Origin: Lingula anatina
Lineage: Eukaryota; Animalia; Brachiopoda
Assembly (NCBI GenBank): GCA_051362555.1
Contig: CM120640.1
Span: forward strand, 7,936,001-8,000,000
Length of the DNA stretch: 64,000 nucleotides
Direction: 5' to 3'
In this document: positions 29,164 through 43,713 of the stretch, piece after piece
Layout of the letters: each line of letters begins with the position of its first letter
Numbering within the stretch: the first letter of the stretch is position 1
Made by a program: the position numbers and the translations under genes
Notes under the pieces: model-generated
What the model was told of the DNA's origin: nothing
The model's database searches: none
What the model saw: the letters and a program-made list of their open reading frames with translations, nothing else

Positions 29164-29444
29164 TTATCTTTTCCACTATCGTAAATTATACTTACCTGAC
29201 AAACACGCCAGTGCTGGAGCTATTATTAATAAATCCACACAGAACTTGTCCTTGCTTGATGTCTTCATACTTGACAATTTCTTTATCTTTCACTTTATTT
29301 CTTTGATTCCCCTCCTTAGATAATCTTCAACATGAAAGGACAAAAAATATCCATTAAACAATTACACATGCTTTCTTTTAACTGCAACTCACTGCAACAT
29401 CAAACTTCTATCAAAAAGGGAAAAAAAATGTACTGAATATGTAT

Positions 29445-29522
<78 letters not shown>

Positions 29523-32500
29523 GACTTCCTAAGTGAAAGCACACATTTGTCCCTCTGTTTCTTATCACAGCTGACCACAAAACACTGCACAATCTGGTTT
29601 TCCTTGAAGCAGCTCAATGGCATGTCTGTGAATGTATCTGCTATGTCAGTGAACACCACCTTGCCCTTGTAGCCATCACTAAGATGAACCATTAAACCAC
29701 TGTGTGGCTGGATCTGAGTGACCAGTCCTCGGACAACAGCTCCTGCCTTGACCTCACTTTTAGCACCTGAAAATTACATTCATGATATTAAATTTGATAG
29801 AACATGACTTCATCTTGCAATCATATTTTTAGTTTTAAATTCCCTTTAAATTAAAGCCGTTTCCTCACATTTTATACTTACCAACCAATGATAGCTCCAG
29901 CTCCTTGCCCAAGCCAATTACAGTGGCAGTATAGGCTGTACCAGGCTTGAAGTAGTGATCTGGGCAGGATAGCACCTGGGGGGAAAAGTCATAGAATACA
30001 AATTTACATTTTGGATCATCAATGTCACACACTGATCTTAACCTCTAAGGTCCTAAACTATTTTAAAATTTATTTAAAACCAAGTATTAATAATATCTGA
30101 CCTTAAAACAAATTGTAAAAAACTATCAGGCCAGTTAATATGACAGATATGACCAACCTTTTATCATTTTCATTTTTCAAGTCTTTCGCATTTCACTGCA
30201 TATTAAACAACAAATAATAATGCACTCAAATTTACCTTCTGATTATCTGACAGGTTGAGAATGTACACTTTTCCACGTACAAGAGGATTGACCTGCATCC
30301 ACAAGCAGTGATTGACAAACTGAAATATATTGTAGACTACCTTGTGTCTGCACCCAAGTGAATGTATACATGCATAAAAATGACACACAAAAAGTTCTTC
30401 AAAAAAATTGCATACCGATTCTACAGACAAGAGAGCCTGTGACAATGCTTCTATTTAATTAGTACACAAATGATCATACATGGGTAAATATGTCCTGTTT
30501 GAAACTTGAAACAGTAGATTAATATGTTCCACTTACGGTGTGTGCAAAGGCAGTAACTTTGTCTCCTATTTTGTATGTTGATGCTGACACATCTTCATCA
30601 TCCCTAAATCCTTTCACTGCCAGCTTACTACAACATCAAATCACAATTTCAAATCATAATATTGGCAACTTCAGTGATGTCAGTCATGGACTTATGCAAA
30701 ATATTTTCTCAATGACAACATTATAGAAAAGAGTACCTGAAATGCTTTATAATCAGACACTGCATCTATTAAAATATGAGTGCTCACCTGGGCTTCAGTG
30801 TACACTCTGGAATAGCTTTGGAACATTTTGGATTGGAAATTGGAAGGTACCTGAAAATATGAATTGGGATATTTCTTATCATTGCTGGTTGAAGACGTTG
30901 AAAATGCAACATACTCTAATTCATTATAAGTATGTACATTCTCTAAAATACAATAGGGACTGTGTCAGTACATAAAAATTACCCCTTTTAATTTAGGTAG
31001 GTCTTGATTAATTTTGATTAATTTACCTGTATGACTTTGAATCTCTGAACCCAATAATCTTGACCTTCACCTCTTGGTTCACTTTATAGTCTTCAAATGG
31101 TGATTTTCCCTGCAAAATTACTTTGACAAATTATCACTAAAAAGGAAGCTTCACTGAAATGGCTCATTACAATGTTGTCTACCTAAAATCTTCTTCCTAG
31201 CAGATTAAAGATAAAAGATTTCTTTTCATGGCACTATTTTCCCACTGTTGCAGAAAAATAAAACGCAGTAAAATCAGGCATTCATTGACAAGTGCAATAC
31301 TACAGTTTAATCCTATTAACTGCACAGTAGACCACTGGGGAAATTTTACCAAAAGATCCAATACCTCCTCAATGTCATCCACCACTTCTGATATACATAT
31401 TCTACCTGGCACATCTCCAATGCTGATGTTTATCTGCAGATCAAGAAACTTGTGGATGCTGTTCAAAATGAAATAGCACATCTAAGTCATAAAAATAAAA
31501 AAATTAAAAATCACAGCATCACATTCACACATTAATTTAGATCACCAAGTACTTAATAAATATTACTTTCAAAAAAGTGGGCATCATTTCAAAAACCATA
31601 CAATAACTATGCTAAAATTGGACTTGAACTGTATAAAACAGTCAATTAATTGCAAAAAGAGATCTCTTGGTTGATGAGAAAACCATAAGCATTACCTTTG
31701 TATCTATAAATATCCTTTGCACAATACAAATGGAAATTATATCAAGCACAAAGCTGTCCTAAAAGTCTCACACCCAACTTTTGCACTTAACAGTCCAAAA
31801 CCGGAAATAGGTTGAAAGAATTATTTTGACTTATGTGAGTGAAAATTATGTATGTATAATATAAGTCCACTAAAAATCCCACTCACACAGCCTTGACCCT
31901 GGCTCCCAGCTTAAGCTTGTGCTCTGGCACTCCTCTTGATTTTTCTTTCTCAGCCTCCTCCCGCTCGGCATTTTTTTCTTCATGTGTTTGCAGGCTCAAC
32001 AAAATGTGGTCCATGTATATCCTAAAATGGATCATGTTTCACAGTTCACATCTTTTTACTACCTTAAACTAGAACAGTTGGTTTCAGTCTTTTAATCTAT
32101 TTCTTGGACCTATCAAAATGCTAAATGCAAGAGAAAACTATTTACGTACCTCTTCACAACCACTGAATTTGTTTGGTTGATGCTAAACTGGTGTTTCTCC
32201 AGAAAGTCATTTGGATGCTGGAAACACAGAGAGTAGAGGACTTATATGGAAGAATAAACAATCTGACTGTAAAGGGGTAAATCATTTGGTGACAACATTT
32301 GTTATTTGAAGTGAAATAGTTGAATTTTAGGCAGGTATTTATAGTTTACACCTACACTGAACAATTATTATCTTCACTAGGGAAAGGTGAAACAAACCTT
32401 GATTAATGAGGGCTTTCTGCTCTCTCCCACTAGTACCTAACTCACCTTCTTAGCAGGTAGGTATCCCAGCTTACCAAGGGCATGCCCCTTTAATGAAACC

Positions 32501-35500
32501 AGGATGAAGTCATCTTTGATGAGTAACACATCACATTTCATATGCTGGCCAGGTTTAACCTTAAAGTATAACATGTATGTATATAAAACAAAATGTACAT
32601 TGTACACACATCCATGGAATTTTTAAGAAACTTAACACTATATATGTAGGTGCATTTTTCTGAGGCCTATTCTTTCCATTTCACAGCTCGTACAGCCTTG
32701 TTTATACAAACAAAGCCTTGACATCATATCATGTGAAAAATCTAAAATTCATTCAAAATGAAATTCTAAGGAGAATGCTCTGCATCCTTTAATCAAGAGA
32801 ATCCTAAACAACTCAGTAACATGTTTATTAGGGCCATGTGGAATGTAAATGTTATCTAACATGTTTTACCCTCTTGAAATAAAGACTATTATTATTATTA
32901 ATGCAAAGTTATTCTACCTGTGAAAATTTATTCTCCCTTTTATGTTTGATAGCCTTGACCAGTTCCTGGTTGAAGGCCAGTTCTAAGCAGCTGGCCAGGA
33001 CATCTATATGTAAGACCACAGCCTCCAAGTGGTCTCCAGGCTGACAGGTCACACCTGAGATAGAGGTCAATGACATTCTTGAATTGTATGTACACTTTAT
33101 ATGTGAAATAGTGGTAAACCAAACATACAATACTAAGCAAAACTTATTGCTATGGGTTAGACCATTTTCTGATTCAAAAACTTATCTGAAGAATGATACA
33201 ATTCCAAAGGAAAATACACTGTCACAATTGGCATTCACTTTTTATAATATAAAATAAAATAAACATTCTGCATAATTTCATTTACTGGTGAATGATACGA
33301 ACCAATCATATTTTCATAAGTGACCACGCCCCTGAGTCCGCTCTCCAGATTACATAGTGCTCCATGTTCAGTAACCTCAGCAACAGTGACACTAACTACG
33401 CTCCCTACGGCTATCTCTGACAGTCTGTGCTTCTGACCTAAAATTTATAACCTTAAATATAAGAAAAAATACAGAACAGAACAGAAAGTCACAATCTATT
33501 CTGAATTGTAAAGCAAACCACATTAAAGGATAGTATGTATGTCTTAAAGGCAGAGAAAAAATGAACTCACGATCTTAAGAAAAAGACAAAAGAGAAATTA
33601 AACTAATATTTCAGTCTTGAGTCACCCTTTTTTGGTTCCTTAAACCTTCTGCTTTTTGCCAACATACCCTTTTTTCCCTCAAGTTTTGATAACATCAAGT
33701 CCCTCTCCACTAAATAATCCTCTAAATGGTCAATACCAATGCTGGTGTCATCATGATAACAGTCAGACATTCGTAAACTCAGCAGAAATCGCTTTTTTTC
33801 TTCATCCACTTCAATGACCTTGGCAATCACTGATTGACCCACTTTGTAGAGGGAGGATGCATCTGCTACCCTCTTGTCTGACATAAACTAAACCAAAAAC
33901 AAAGATATGAAATTAAAGAACAAGAGAAAATAGAAATTACATAAGTTGGTATGCAGAAAAACCTATAAGACAAAATTTCAAACAACACCCTTCTTAACAA
34001 GGGCATAAAAAGATATGAATTTACACTCATAACAATTACATGGAAAAATATACACTGTCAGATAAAAGAAAGCACCAAGAACGATCAATATTAAAAACCA
34101 CTTTGCTTATATAATAAAATAACTATTGTCACTGATCATACTCCCTACCTTGGTTGGAGCAAGGCCTATCAGAGCATTGCATGTGTCCACAAACACACCA
34201 TATTCCATCACTTTGTGTATCACACCAGGAAACAACAGGCCAGGCTAATAAACAGATCAGAAAAATTCATAAAAATTAGTCCATCTGCTAAATAACCTCT
34301 GTGGTATAATTACACCTGTAACCGCATACATGTTTCTAACTACCTTTAAAATGAGAAAAGTGGCATTAGGAGGGAGACTTGACTGCCATGATTAAACCAC
34401 TGAATGTGTTCACTTCCATCAAACAGAGTGTGTGTCTTGAAGCCAGTTTAATGGCCTTTGTCTTCTGCCATCATGCTGAAAACCTTTAAATCAACCAATG
34501 CAGTAATGAAGTGGGCTGTTCTTCACACAAAAGAACAACTAGGTCTTTCTATTGCCATACACTGGAGATACGGTAAATAAACAACTGGAGGGCAAAGCTG
34601 TGAAGAATTAAAACTAAAATCACTACTAAAAATGAGGTTACTACAGCAGATTCATTAATTGTCTAAATATATAAGGCACAAGAAATTTAATGCCTACTTT
34701 TATCTTGGAAAATTCTGTGATAAGGTTGTCATCTTTCGCAGCCTGAACAAAAGATGGTTTTTTGGTCAAAGTCTGAGAATGAGTTAAGGCATATTTCGAA
34801 ATAATTTTTTTAATTGTTACATGCATACACTGATAACGATGACGGCCTTAAAAATGACTATGGAAATATTGTGTAAGGATACAAGCACACTGCTTCTATT
34901 AAAATACATTGCACTCTTGATGACATTTCCTTCGCTATATGAATCCCATAATACTTCACAGTTCTCCATATGGTCTGATAGATGAGCTTTGGGAATGAAG
35001 GCCCGCAGTCGGGATGGTAACAGTGCCACATCAAAACCACTATCAGTCTTCTTCGTAATTTTACAGTCAACCAGCTGTGGATAAAATACAGTACACAAGA
35101 TTTAATATAAGGATACAAGAACTTGTCATATAACTTGATAAGTAAAACTCATACCATTTGCTATTCATTTGCTAAATTTCAAAAGATAATGTACCTTTCC
35201 AATCTCAAAGTCTTCAGGAACTGTTGCCAGTTTACTTCCAAATGGAGTCCTTTCAGATACCTGCAAATCAGAACAGATGAAACAATTGAAACTGTTTACT
35301 TTGCTTCTTTGAGAAAGATTGAAAAAATTCTTTCCAATGCATGTCAGTTTAATAGTACTGAAAATTCCCATTTACAGTTTTAAATATGAAATGTATGTCT
35401 ATTTAAAGAGGACGTATGAGTAGCAGTGATTTGATCCCCATGGTACATAATTGTTTTCATTAGCCAATACCTTAAACGACAAGGTAGCTCTTTCTTCATC

Positions 35501-38500
35501 TGGGAAACAGTTCAACACCCTACACTTTACAACTTGACCTATGTAAAACATTTTCTCAGGATAGTCTATCTTCTCTGCACTCAGCTCTTTCTTTGGGACA
35601 AACCCCTGAAATGTGGAAAATGTGGAAATGTGGAAAATAATACAGAACAAGCCAATCTGTGTTATTTTCAAAAAGCACTTAAAAGAGAACATACACCTTG
35701 CATACTCTTCAGTACTAAAAATCTAACATGTTCATTTTACACATCATCAAACAATTTTTAAAGTACAAAACATTAAAAACAAACATCAGCATAAATGTTA
35801 TGTATAGTATAAATTAAAAGTTCTCCTCCATTGATTAAGTTTGCAGCAATGTCTTGTATATACCTTAACATTGTTATAGAGTGCCACCAATACTCCTGCA
35901 TCCATAATTTTGACAATGAATCCATCCACTGTGATGCCTGTCTCCAGCTGACTATATTGGGTTATGATGGGAAGTTTAGAGTTCACTAAAGACCTTTTGT
36001 GAGTGAGGATCAGTCTCTGTTTCGCAGGATCAACATTTAAAACCTGGAAAGATCAAGCTTAATAAAATTATACTTTTTCACCTTACAAGTTACTAATAAT
36101 AAAAGTAGCTAAATAAATATGAACAAGTACGCATCATCTGCTCATTTAAGTTGACACAGTCTGTGTGCAAACATTTTAGCATACTGATCCTCCAAGCCAT
36201 CAGGGTCTGAGAATCTACTGGCCCAAAGAAGAGAACAGTGGCCAAAATTTAAATGGATGAAATGTGACATATCATCAATTTTAGCAATAAACAATAGTTT
36301 CCCCTGGCTAAAAAGGTGAGTGAGGTGGTAAGCTTTTATATCCTCTTGTGTTTTTGCCTATTCTCTGGTCCTAGCAGAAAAAGCATCACAGAGAGTTGCG
36401 GAAAAAACCTGTGAGAGGAGAGGAATCCACAGAATATTTTGAAAAAAATTGGGGAAAATGTTGCATTCTGAACACATTTAATGGGACTGCTTTTTAAAAT
36501 GATCCTTACTCTGCATTTCATTTTTTGGCTTTCTTTAAACTTCTTTTCTGGCTGCTTTAGTGCTGCATCAAAAAGATGAATGGTGGGAACAAAACCTCTG
36601 ATTTGATTGGAAACCTTCACAGACACGCCCTTCTTGTGAATTCCTTGCACATTGCACTAAAAAGAGATGATTACTGGACTATAAAACACACTTCTGCAAG
36701 AAAACTATATTTTTCAATACTTCATTCCATGAAATCATTCAGTTACTTAATAAAATGTTGATCAACTTCTTTATCAAATTTATTACTTATTAAACTTTAT
36801 GTCAACCACCCATTTCAAATAATTTCCTCTGAAATTATATTTTAGGTAGAAAACTGTCTCATAAAAACAAAGTTTAAGTTTATTCATGGTAACATAGGCA
36901 TCCACCTGGATGGATGAAAATGACAATATAAATGTAATTTTAAATGAGTATGCTATTAATCAATTACAAGTTGTGTGACTACTCCTAACTTAATGACGAC
37001 AATTGTTTAAGCCAAGTTACTTTTACTACTACTCAATTGCCAATAGTTGCAGCACTGTCCTCTAGATCCCTCCTAGCAAAAGCAAAGGAGAGAAACTGAA
37101 CTTATGCAATGAGGGTTTCTTCTTCTTTGGATTTCATGTAAACTTATCTAAAGTATAACATAAAAACAAGATTAATGCTTTTTCCCCACTCTCACCTCTA
37201 CAACCATCCCTGGGTGAATGTCTTGGTAGCCAAGGAATTTCTGATTTAAAACACTCCTGAAGGATAAAAGGCCAACTTGTAAAGCGTATATGCTATTAAT
37301 ATACGATTATGAAAAGCACTGTTACAACTTAGGTAATCTGTTTTATAAACACTGCTACATGCAGAATAAATTGTACACAGTTTAGTTATCAATGCAATTT
37401 TAGTTCATTACAGTTAATGTTACTTTATCTTTGAAACAATGCTGAAAATATTTTAACATGATAATTATTCAGTGCTTCATTGCATGTATTCTGTACTTAC
37501 TCTTTGCATGATACAAGTATTATATTGTCCATATAGTCATGATCAAGTACCCTACACCTAAATTAAAAAAAAAAAACAATGAATTTGTAACATGCTAAGA
37601 CAAACATTTACCAACTTATACATTATTTTTCCACCTTAAGTATACACCATCAAATATTGCATTAAATGGATTTACCTGAAAGTTCTTTATGCTTTGATCT
37701 TAAACTAGTTAACTAGTTGGTCTGCAATAGCTGGGTGCCCATACCTGTGAGTGGATCCTGCTCTGAAGACTTGAGCAATGTCTTTGATTTCTTTGTCACT
37801 AAGGTTTTTTAACTTGAGGAAGATTAATAATAAACATATAAATCAGAAATTTAAAACACTCCATTTTTTTAATCTAAGAATTATTTAACTGAAATGCAAT
37901 TTGAATGATATAAATACATTATCATATCAACTAAATTAAAATATCTGGCCATGATCATATTAAAACGAGTTCCAAACATATATAACACTTACAGGTGCAA
38001 AAGCTGTCACATTCTTCTCAAGTCTGAGGTAGACGCCTTTAGTCTTGTCCACACTTAACACCTCAGCCTTCTCTATGACTGACCCAGGAGAAAAAGATGC
38101 CAGCAAATCGTTTGATGGTTGTACTTCCTTGAGGTATGGAAGCATGGATAAGGATATGGATTTTGTTGTTGGATGGATATACAAGATTGTGCCTCTGACC
38201 TAGACAAGGAAATATATAGTAGTTATAATTATAAATTAACTAATTATATAATATGAATAAGCTGAAGACAAACATATGCTCAAAAAGGCAAAAAGGAGCT
38301 GGTCACCAAGCACTTTAATGTGCCACTTCAAAGCAACGACAATTTTTGTTTATTTGCACTGCTTATGCACACCACTTTTCATAAAATGATAAAAGATATT
38401 TAACTGGTCTACAGTTGATGGTTTACACATATTTCATTTGAAAAAAAAAAAAAAAAAACAATAACATTAATTGCCTCATTTTAAGAAGCAATTTGTAGTA

Positions 38501-41481
38501 GAGCAAACACTCACCTCTTCCTGTTTCTGAAAACTCTGAGGATCTTTCATTAAATGAGATTTGTTGATGATGCCAGAATAAGTCAGGAACTTCACGCCAA
38601 TACCACTCTCATATAACTGAAAAAGTTGCAAAGTTACTATAATTTAACTAGGCAGCAAAACTTACAAATATACAGTCATGATGTGGCCAGACATACCAAT
38701 CAGAATATCAGTGTCTGTATATAAAAATTGTATTGTAATCAGAAGAAATATAAGCAAAATTAAGTTATAATAAGTCTATCATTATATATTATGTGATAAC
38801 AAACCCATATGTAATAAATCAAAAACTTTACCTTGCTTATCTTTGCATTTACAAGCATGCCTGGTAGCAAATTCTGCAATGTTGCTCCATCTGGGACCTA
38901 AAAATGTAGGCAACCATGGTCATGTACAATTAAACATATGTAAAACAAACCCCAAAGAGTGAATGGTTTTCAGTTACATACAGTCTCAGACAAATTCTGT
39001 TAATATAATATTATATGCCATATGCACAGTAGCTATGTAAATATCCTCAAAAAAGTAAGGTAACCTTGTTTCAACAAAATCAACTTTTTTCTATTGAAGT
39101 GCAGCTGCAGTGATCTGTGGGCAAACCCATACAAGCCACAGCTCTAACCTAATGGTACAAATTAACATAATTCAACAATTACCACAGCATCATTCAACTC
39201 TTTCAGGCTGATAGTGACTTGAATGGTCCTGGTGTCTCCACTCATCAATCCCAATGATGAGCTTCCCTTTACTTTACATTTCAGATGCTGTCCTGGGTGA
39301 AGCACACATCCTTTAAAACAAACACTTCCATTTAATTTTCATATTCATAAGACATTTTACAAAGAAAGATAAATTATCATCTTCACTTCAAATATATTAA
39401 ATTATTATTCAAATATAATGAACAATCCCGCATGTCAGGGGTACCTTTTCCTAATCCTTTAGCAGCATCTTTATTCCCTAGAAAAGCTTGGACTCCTTTT
39501 ATTCCAACATCTAGCACATAACCATGGTCTTCCTTACTGGACACAGAACAAGGAATCACCTGAGAATATACTGTACATTGTAGGCCAATAACACCAAATA
39601 CTTCATTAATTCATTTTAAAAAACATGACATTCAAACTAAACAGTTTATATTTTTCAAAATTGCTCAAGGATGTGATTTGTTGTTGGGGGGGGGGGGGGA
39701 CTGAAAATTGAAGATGCTGTACAATTATCTCAGAAAAGTTTTTAAAAATAGAAGTTAAAAATTAAGTTTAAAAAAAGGAATCCGAAACAAAAAACCAAAA
39801 TGAATGACATCCCTGAGTGCTGTGTTAGTCAAAACAACTGACCATTTTGCCAAAACACATCATGCATGCATAGAAAAAGTCAGTCAGAGTTTACATATAT
39901 ACAGGCAACCTAAATCAGTTAAAACATAAAAAATGACATGATAGAAACTTTGAGCTTAAAAACAGCAATATATAAGCTTTGAGTCCCTTATTATGCCCAC
40001 TTTCAATTTTGACCTGCACTGTAAGGCAATAAAGTATTAATAAAAGTTTGAGCCAAAATGGGAACAGTGATATGTTACTTCCATTATAAATTACTTACTA
40101 AGATCAAGAAATGCACATGGCTCTCTTGTGTTCACATCTAATGAAATGAAAATTTCAAGATGGTCACCTACCATCCCTCCCTTTAATCCTGAGGCTTGAA
40201 GGGACTTGTTCACCTCGCCTGGGTTGATAGTTAGCTTCAACCTTTTCTTCCCTGCTTTTTTCCCTCCTACTAACTCAACACACTTGCAGCACAGTACTTG
40301 GCCCACAGTGAACAGGTCATGTAGGCTAGGTATGTCCTTCCAAAAACAAAAAAGTCAAAGTGCATGGACAATATTCATACAATTCTCAATTTTGATGAAC
40401 ATTTGAAGATCAATTTGTTAAACACTTGAAAAAATACTTTTTACCGAAAATTACTTTATAAAACTTTTCTTCTCCTTTGTACCATGATATGATATGATAG
40501 GTGCTACTTGTACTTGTTCACCTCACTATAGTTCACTTCTTTTCCTCTATCTTCTTTTCACTGTAAAAGGTTATAAAACACCATAAAAACTTTGAATCAT
40601 TAAGTCTTACCTCTTCTTTCTCACCATTATTACTTGCCACCATCTGCTGCAATAGCTTAGTATAGGTGTCACTTATGCTTGTTATGGGGACAAACCCCTT
40701 CAATCCATTGGGGAGATTGAGAACCAACTCATATTCTTGGATCTCTTTCACACATCCTAAGATCAGCATTCCTGGAGATACAGCCTACAGCAAGCATTTT
40801 AAGATGGTTGAATTGAGGAAGAAAACAACAAGCTATAAAACGTAACTCTTTTCCTTTACCTTTTATAATAATATACTGAAAAGGGTTTTGTACATTAGAT
40901 GACAAAAAGTTAAAACAAGGGTCTACTAATTTTATAAATATGTCAAAATATCAGTATCTGTCTCATCTCTGTCCTTTGACATTATGATTGCAAAACATAT
41001 TCATGAAAAAAATAAGGATTACAGACAAAGCTATATCTTAATTAATAACCAAACAAAATCATTATTGCTTACTTTAAATACTAATGTCTCAGAACCAAAA
41101 GTGGCTTCTGATCTGGATTGGTCTTTATCAGACTTCAGTTTCTTTCTTTTTATACCATCCTTAGAAGAACTTCCTCGTTTCCTTGATTTATTTTCTTTAG
41201 TCTGTTATATACAATATGCTGGTTAATTAATGACAAAGACAAAAAGACAATAACAAATAATTGATTCAGATAATTTAAAAAATGCAAATGGATTTTTATA
41301 AAAACAATAATGCAAAGCAAGATTGAGCATTTACTTTCAAGAAAATGTATAAATCGAAAACTGACTATAATAATCAGACAAATGGACCTACCTTGAAAAA
41401 GTCCTCATCTACATTTGTTATCTGACTGTTTTTGCTTTTTTCCTTCCCACCGCGTGGAAAAGCCTCTTCAATTGCAGCCAT
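25382..41481 (-). CDS. PDCD11: RRP5 homolog / programmed cell death 11 (S1 repeats plus HAT/TPR repeats), about 1802 aa, 42 coding exons
   Basis: Starts [12 protein letters not shown] (human MANLEESFPRGG). Multiple S1 domains ([46 protein letters not shown]) and C-terminal HAT repeats ([52 protein letters not shown]). Exons: 41481-41392, 41201-41073, 40784-40611, 40336-40172, 39559-39445, 39310-39183, 38897-38832, 38616-38515, 38199-37993, 37812-37745, 37557-37501, 37256-37196, 36656-36510, 36043-35864, 35605-35471, 35260-35195, 35074-34883, 34772-34698, 34244-34149, 33887-33668, 33437-33303, 33054-32918, 32559-32446, 32217-32150, 32021-31887, 31458-31365, 31109-31027, 30850-30788, 30627-30537, 30319-30236, 29975-29882, 29766-29520, 29324-29196, 28832-28719, 28505-28205, 27917-27783, 27564-27496, 27280-27096, 26988-26820, 26386-26233, 25926-25761, 25550-25382. 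Sum 5409 nt, in frame. Confidence 0.96.
29086..29158. repeat. (TGCG)n(TG)n microsatellite in a PDCD11 intron
   Basis: Visible compound run. Confidence 0.92.
29448..29518. repeat. (AT)n microsatellite abutting a PDCD11 splice donor
   Basis: About 35 AT units directly after the donor GT at 29519-29518 on the minus strand. Confidence 0.95.
34773..34882 (-). other. U12-type (minor spliceosome) GT-AG intron in PDCD11, 110 nt
   Basis: Minus-strand 5' site GTATCCTT (34882-34875), branch site CCTTAAC (34789-34783), AG at 34774-34773. Flanking exons join in frame (NRSSVL/TLTKKP). Confidence 0.9.
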
Positions 41482-42524
41482 TTTCTAGTAACTGGAATAA
41501 AAGGAAGTTGATTACTGGGAGAAATGGACAGGAATTGTACTGTATGTGTCCAGAATTCTGTCTCCCAATAGTTATAGATTATGAAAAAGAAATTATCTGA
41601 ACTGTCTAACAGCATGGCTCCTTTTTCTTTAAGCCCACTTCATCCCTACTTTGAGCCTACATCACAACCAGCTTTTCCTAAGCATCAGATGGCACTCTAG
41701 TTTGACTTCCAAGTTCAACAGAGGCATATGGACCCGATTCTGGTATTTTCATATTTCGGATTGGATTTCAAAAAATAAGGAAGGATGCAGCCCATTTAAT
41801 TTAAGGTAGGTGTACCAAGTGTGAGGTTAATCCAAGGTCTTTTTCTTATATTATTAATTATAATTAAATTAATTAATTAATTGAGGCTATTTTCTGCATA
41901 TTTGTTTCAGAAGCTTCAATTAGATTATACACTATAGGGTACTGGTATATGAGGTATATACTAACTAGTACAGTGATTCAATTTGAAAATACTTAAAGTT
42001 TGCATATCAACCCTGATGCAAGAGCTCTCAAATTTTTTATTTTACATCATCCACTCATGTTGCTTTGGCAATGGGAAAACTGGATGGTTTTATAGGAGTA
42101 TGCGAGTGGAAGAGATTTGAGAGAAGACAAAATTTTAAGAGCTCCTGCATCAAGATGGGTGTGCAAACTGGCTTTTTTTTTTTTTTTTGACATGGTGCCA
42201 CTAAAAAGCTAAATAACTTTTGACCTATATGATATAGCCCTAAGATTTAGATGTTCTGCTCATAATCAGATAAGTAGCTATATACGTTTTAAATTGCAAG
42301 TCTCTAACTTAATCAAAAAGTAAAAATCATGTGTGGACTCTTCATCATGTTTCAATGTTGGGATTTTGTGACCTGCAGCCTGCAAGGATATGGTGTACTG
42401 TAGAAGTGTTCATAAACTCAGCTCTGTTTTGTGTATAATTTCACTCCGCACATAATCAGTGGAACATTCAGTGTACTGCTTCGTGATCTCTAAATATGAA
42501 ATCTCTTGAAACTCACATGCTTAC

Positions 42525-42654
42525 CAATTTGCTGTTACACCAACATGCATGCTTTGCTCACGTTGTTTAACTTTCTGCGGGATGACTGTCACGAATGTAA
42601 CGTGATTTCACGAGACATAGAGTTGTAGGACCTTGACTTTACCAACTTCTCCAG
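42525..42654. promoter_or_regulatory. Putative compact bidirectional promoter and non-coding first exons of PDCD11 and the ATP5MK-like gene
   Basis: Outward-facing donors: minus-strand G/GTAAGC at 42524-42519 and plus-strand CAG/GTAAAC at 42655. CpG-containing core with repeated TCACG/CGTGA and the palindrome CGTGA-TT-TCACG. Both coding first exons are preceded by acceptors (41493-41492; 43708-43709). Confidence 0.55.
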
Positions 42655-43713
42655 GTAAACCGTTTCTTTCTTTTTTTGCATACAACGACATATTTGTGGG
42701 CATTTTTTGTGTTGAAATAGAAATATGGCACATAAATTTATCAATGGCTTTACTGTCATAAGACAAAACCATTAAATAAGGGAACAATAATAAGGCAAAC
42801 ATCAGCGTCTTGAGACTAGAAAGCCGACAAGCGTGATCGGATTTTGTGGATGCATTCAGCTTATCTGCTCCCAATTTTTTCTTTTATTATCCGGGTATCG
42901 GCTACCCCAGTATCTTTTGTCCTCTGCGGTTGATAAGCACATAGATTTGTTTTGTTTTTTATATATGCTGTAGTGATCGATACTGAAGTCATAATGTAAA
43001 CTAGTTCAGATGAAAGTCGATCTACAGAGCTTAAAGACCCCAATTTTCACCCATTTTCACCCATGCCTCGTTTGATACCGTAGACTATTAGTGAACTTAA
43101 ACTCTCACATGAATTGCACAGTGATGAAAATCTCGAAAAAAATGGCTGCTTACACTTACAAAATTCAGGTCTGAACAGGCAAGATCCATCAGCTAGTATT
43201 GCCAGCATAACCTTAGTAAAGTGTAGAAAGCATATATAGAATGTGCTTAGATGAAATCTTCAGGGATAGATCCCTGGCCAAAATGATAACAGAAATATGA
43301 GCTTGTACAGATTACATTTGCCATATAAATTCAGGATATTTTTACTGTTTAATACAAATGTTTGGCAAATGTTAAAAGTATATATCAGAGCTATTGGGGG
43401 GGGGGATCCAAGGGCTTTTTTTATGTTAGCATGAAAAGTCATGTGTTAACACTTCTATATATAGACAGTCTTTGATATGTTCTGTTAGCACAACAGTACA
43501 TAAAGCAGATCATATGAAGGAAAACTAATGCATGGATTTTCATTCTAGGGTCTTTTGTGGTTCATTTTTGTTTTATATAGGGATGCATGTCTATCTTATA
43601 GCAAATTTTATTGGGCATATTGTAGATAAAGCATAGAATGGATGATGCCTCCTTTAAAGTTAATAAAAGTGTAAGACTTTACTATAAGTGCAGTTTTTTA
43701 TTATTTTAGAACC

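Noticed and set aside
28929-29692. ORFs with CVCV, HTHT and YIYI runs (also 20951-21226)
   Set aside because: They are microsatellite read-through; only the PDCD11 exon portions are coding.
35109-35116. Second GTATCCTT U12-like donor on the minus strand
   Set aside because: It lies only about 40 nt from the acceptor, has no CCTTAAC branch site, and the U2 donor at 35194 already gives an in-frame junction.
43120-43175. Possible C/D snoRNA (GTGATGA ... CTGA); a similar minus-strand pair lies at 42266-42348
   Set aside because: No terminal stem and no recognisable rRNA-complementary guide.
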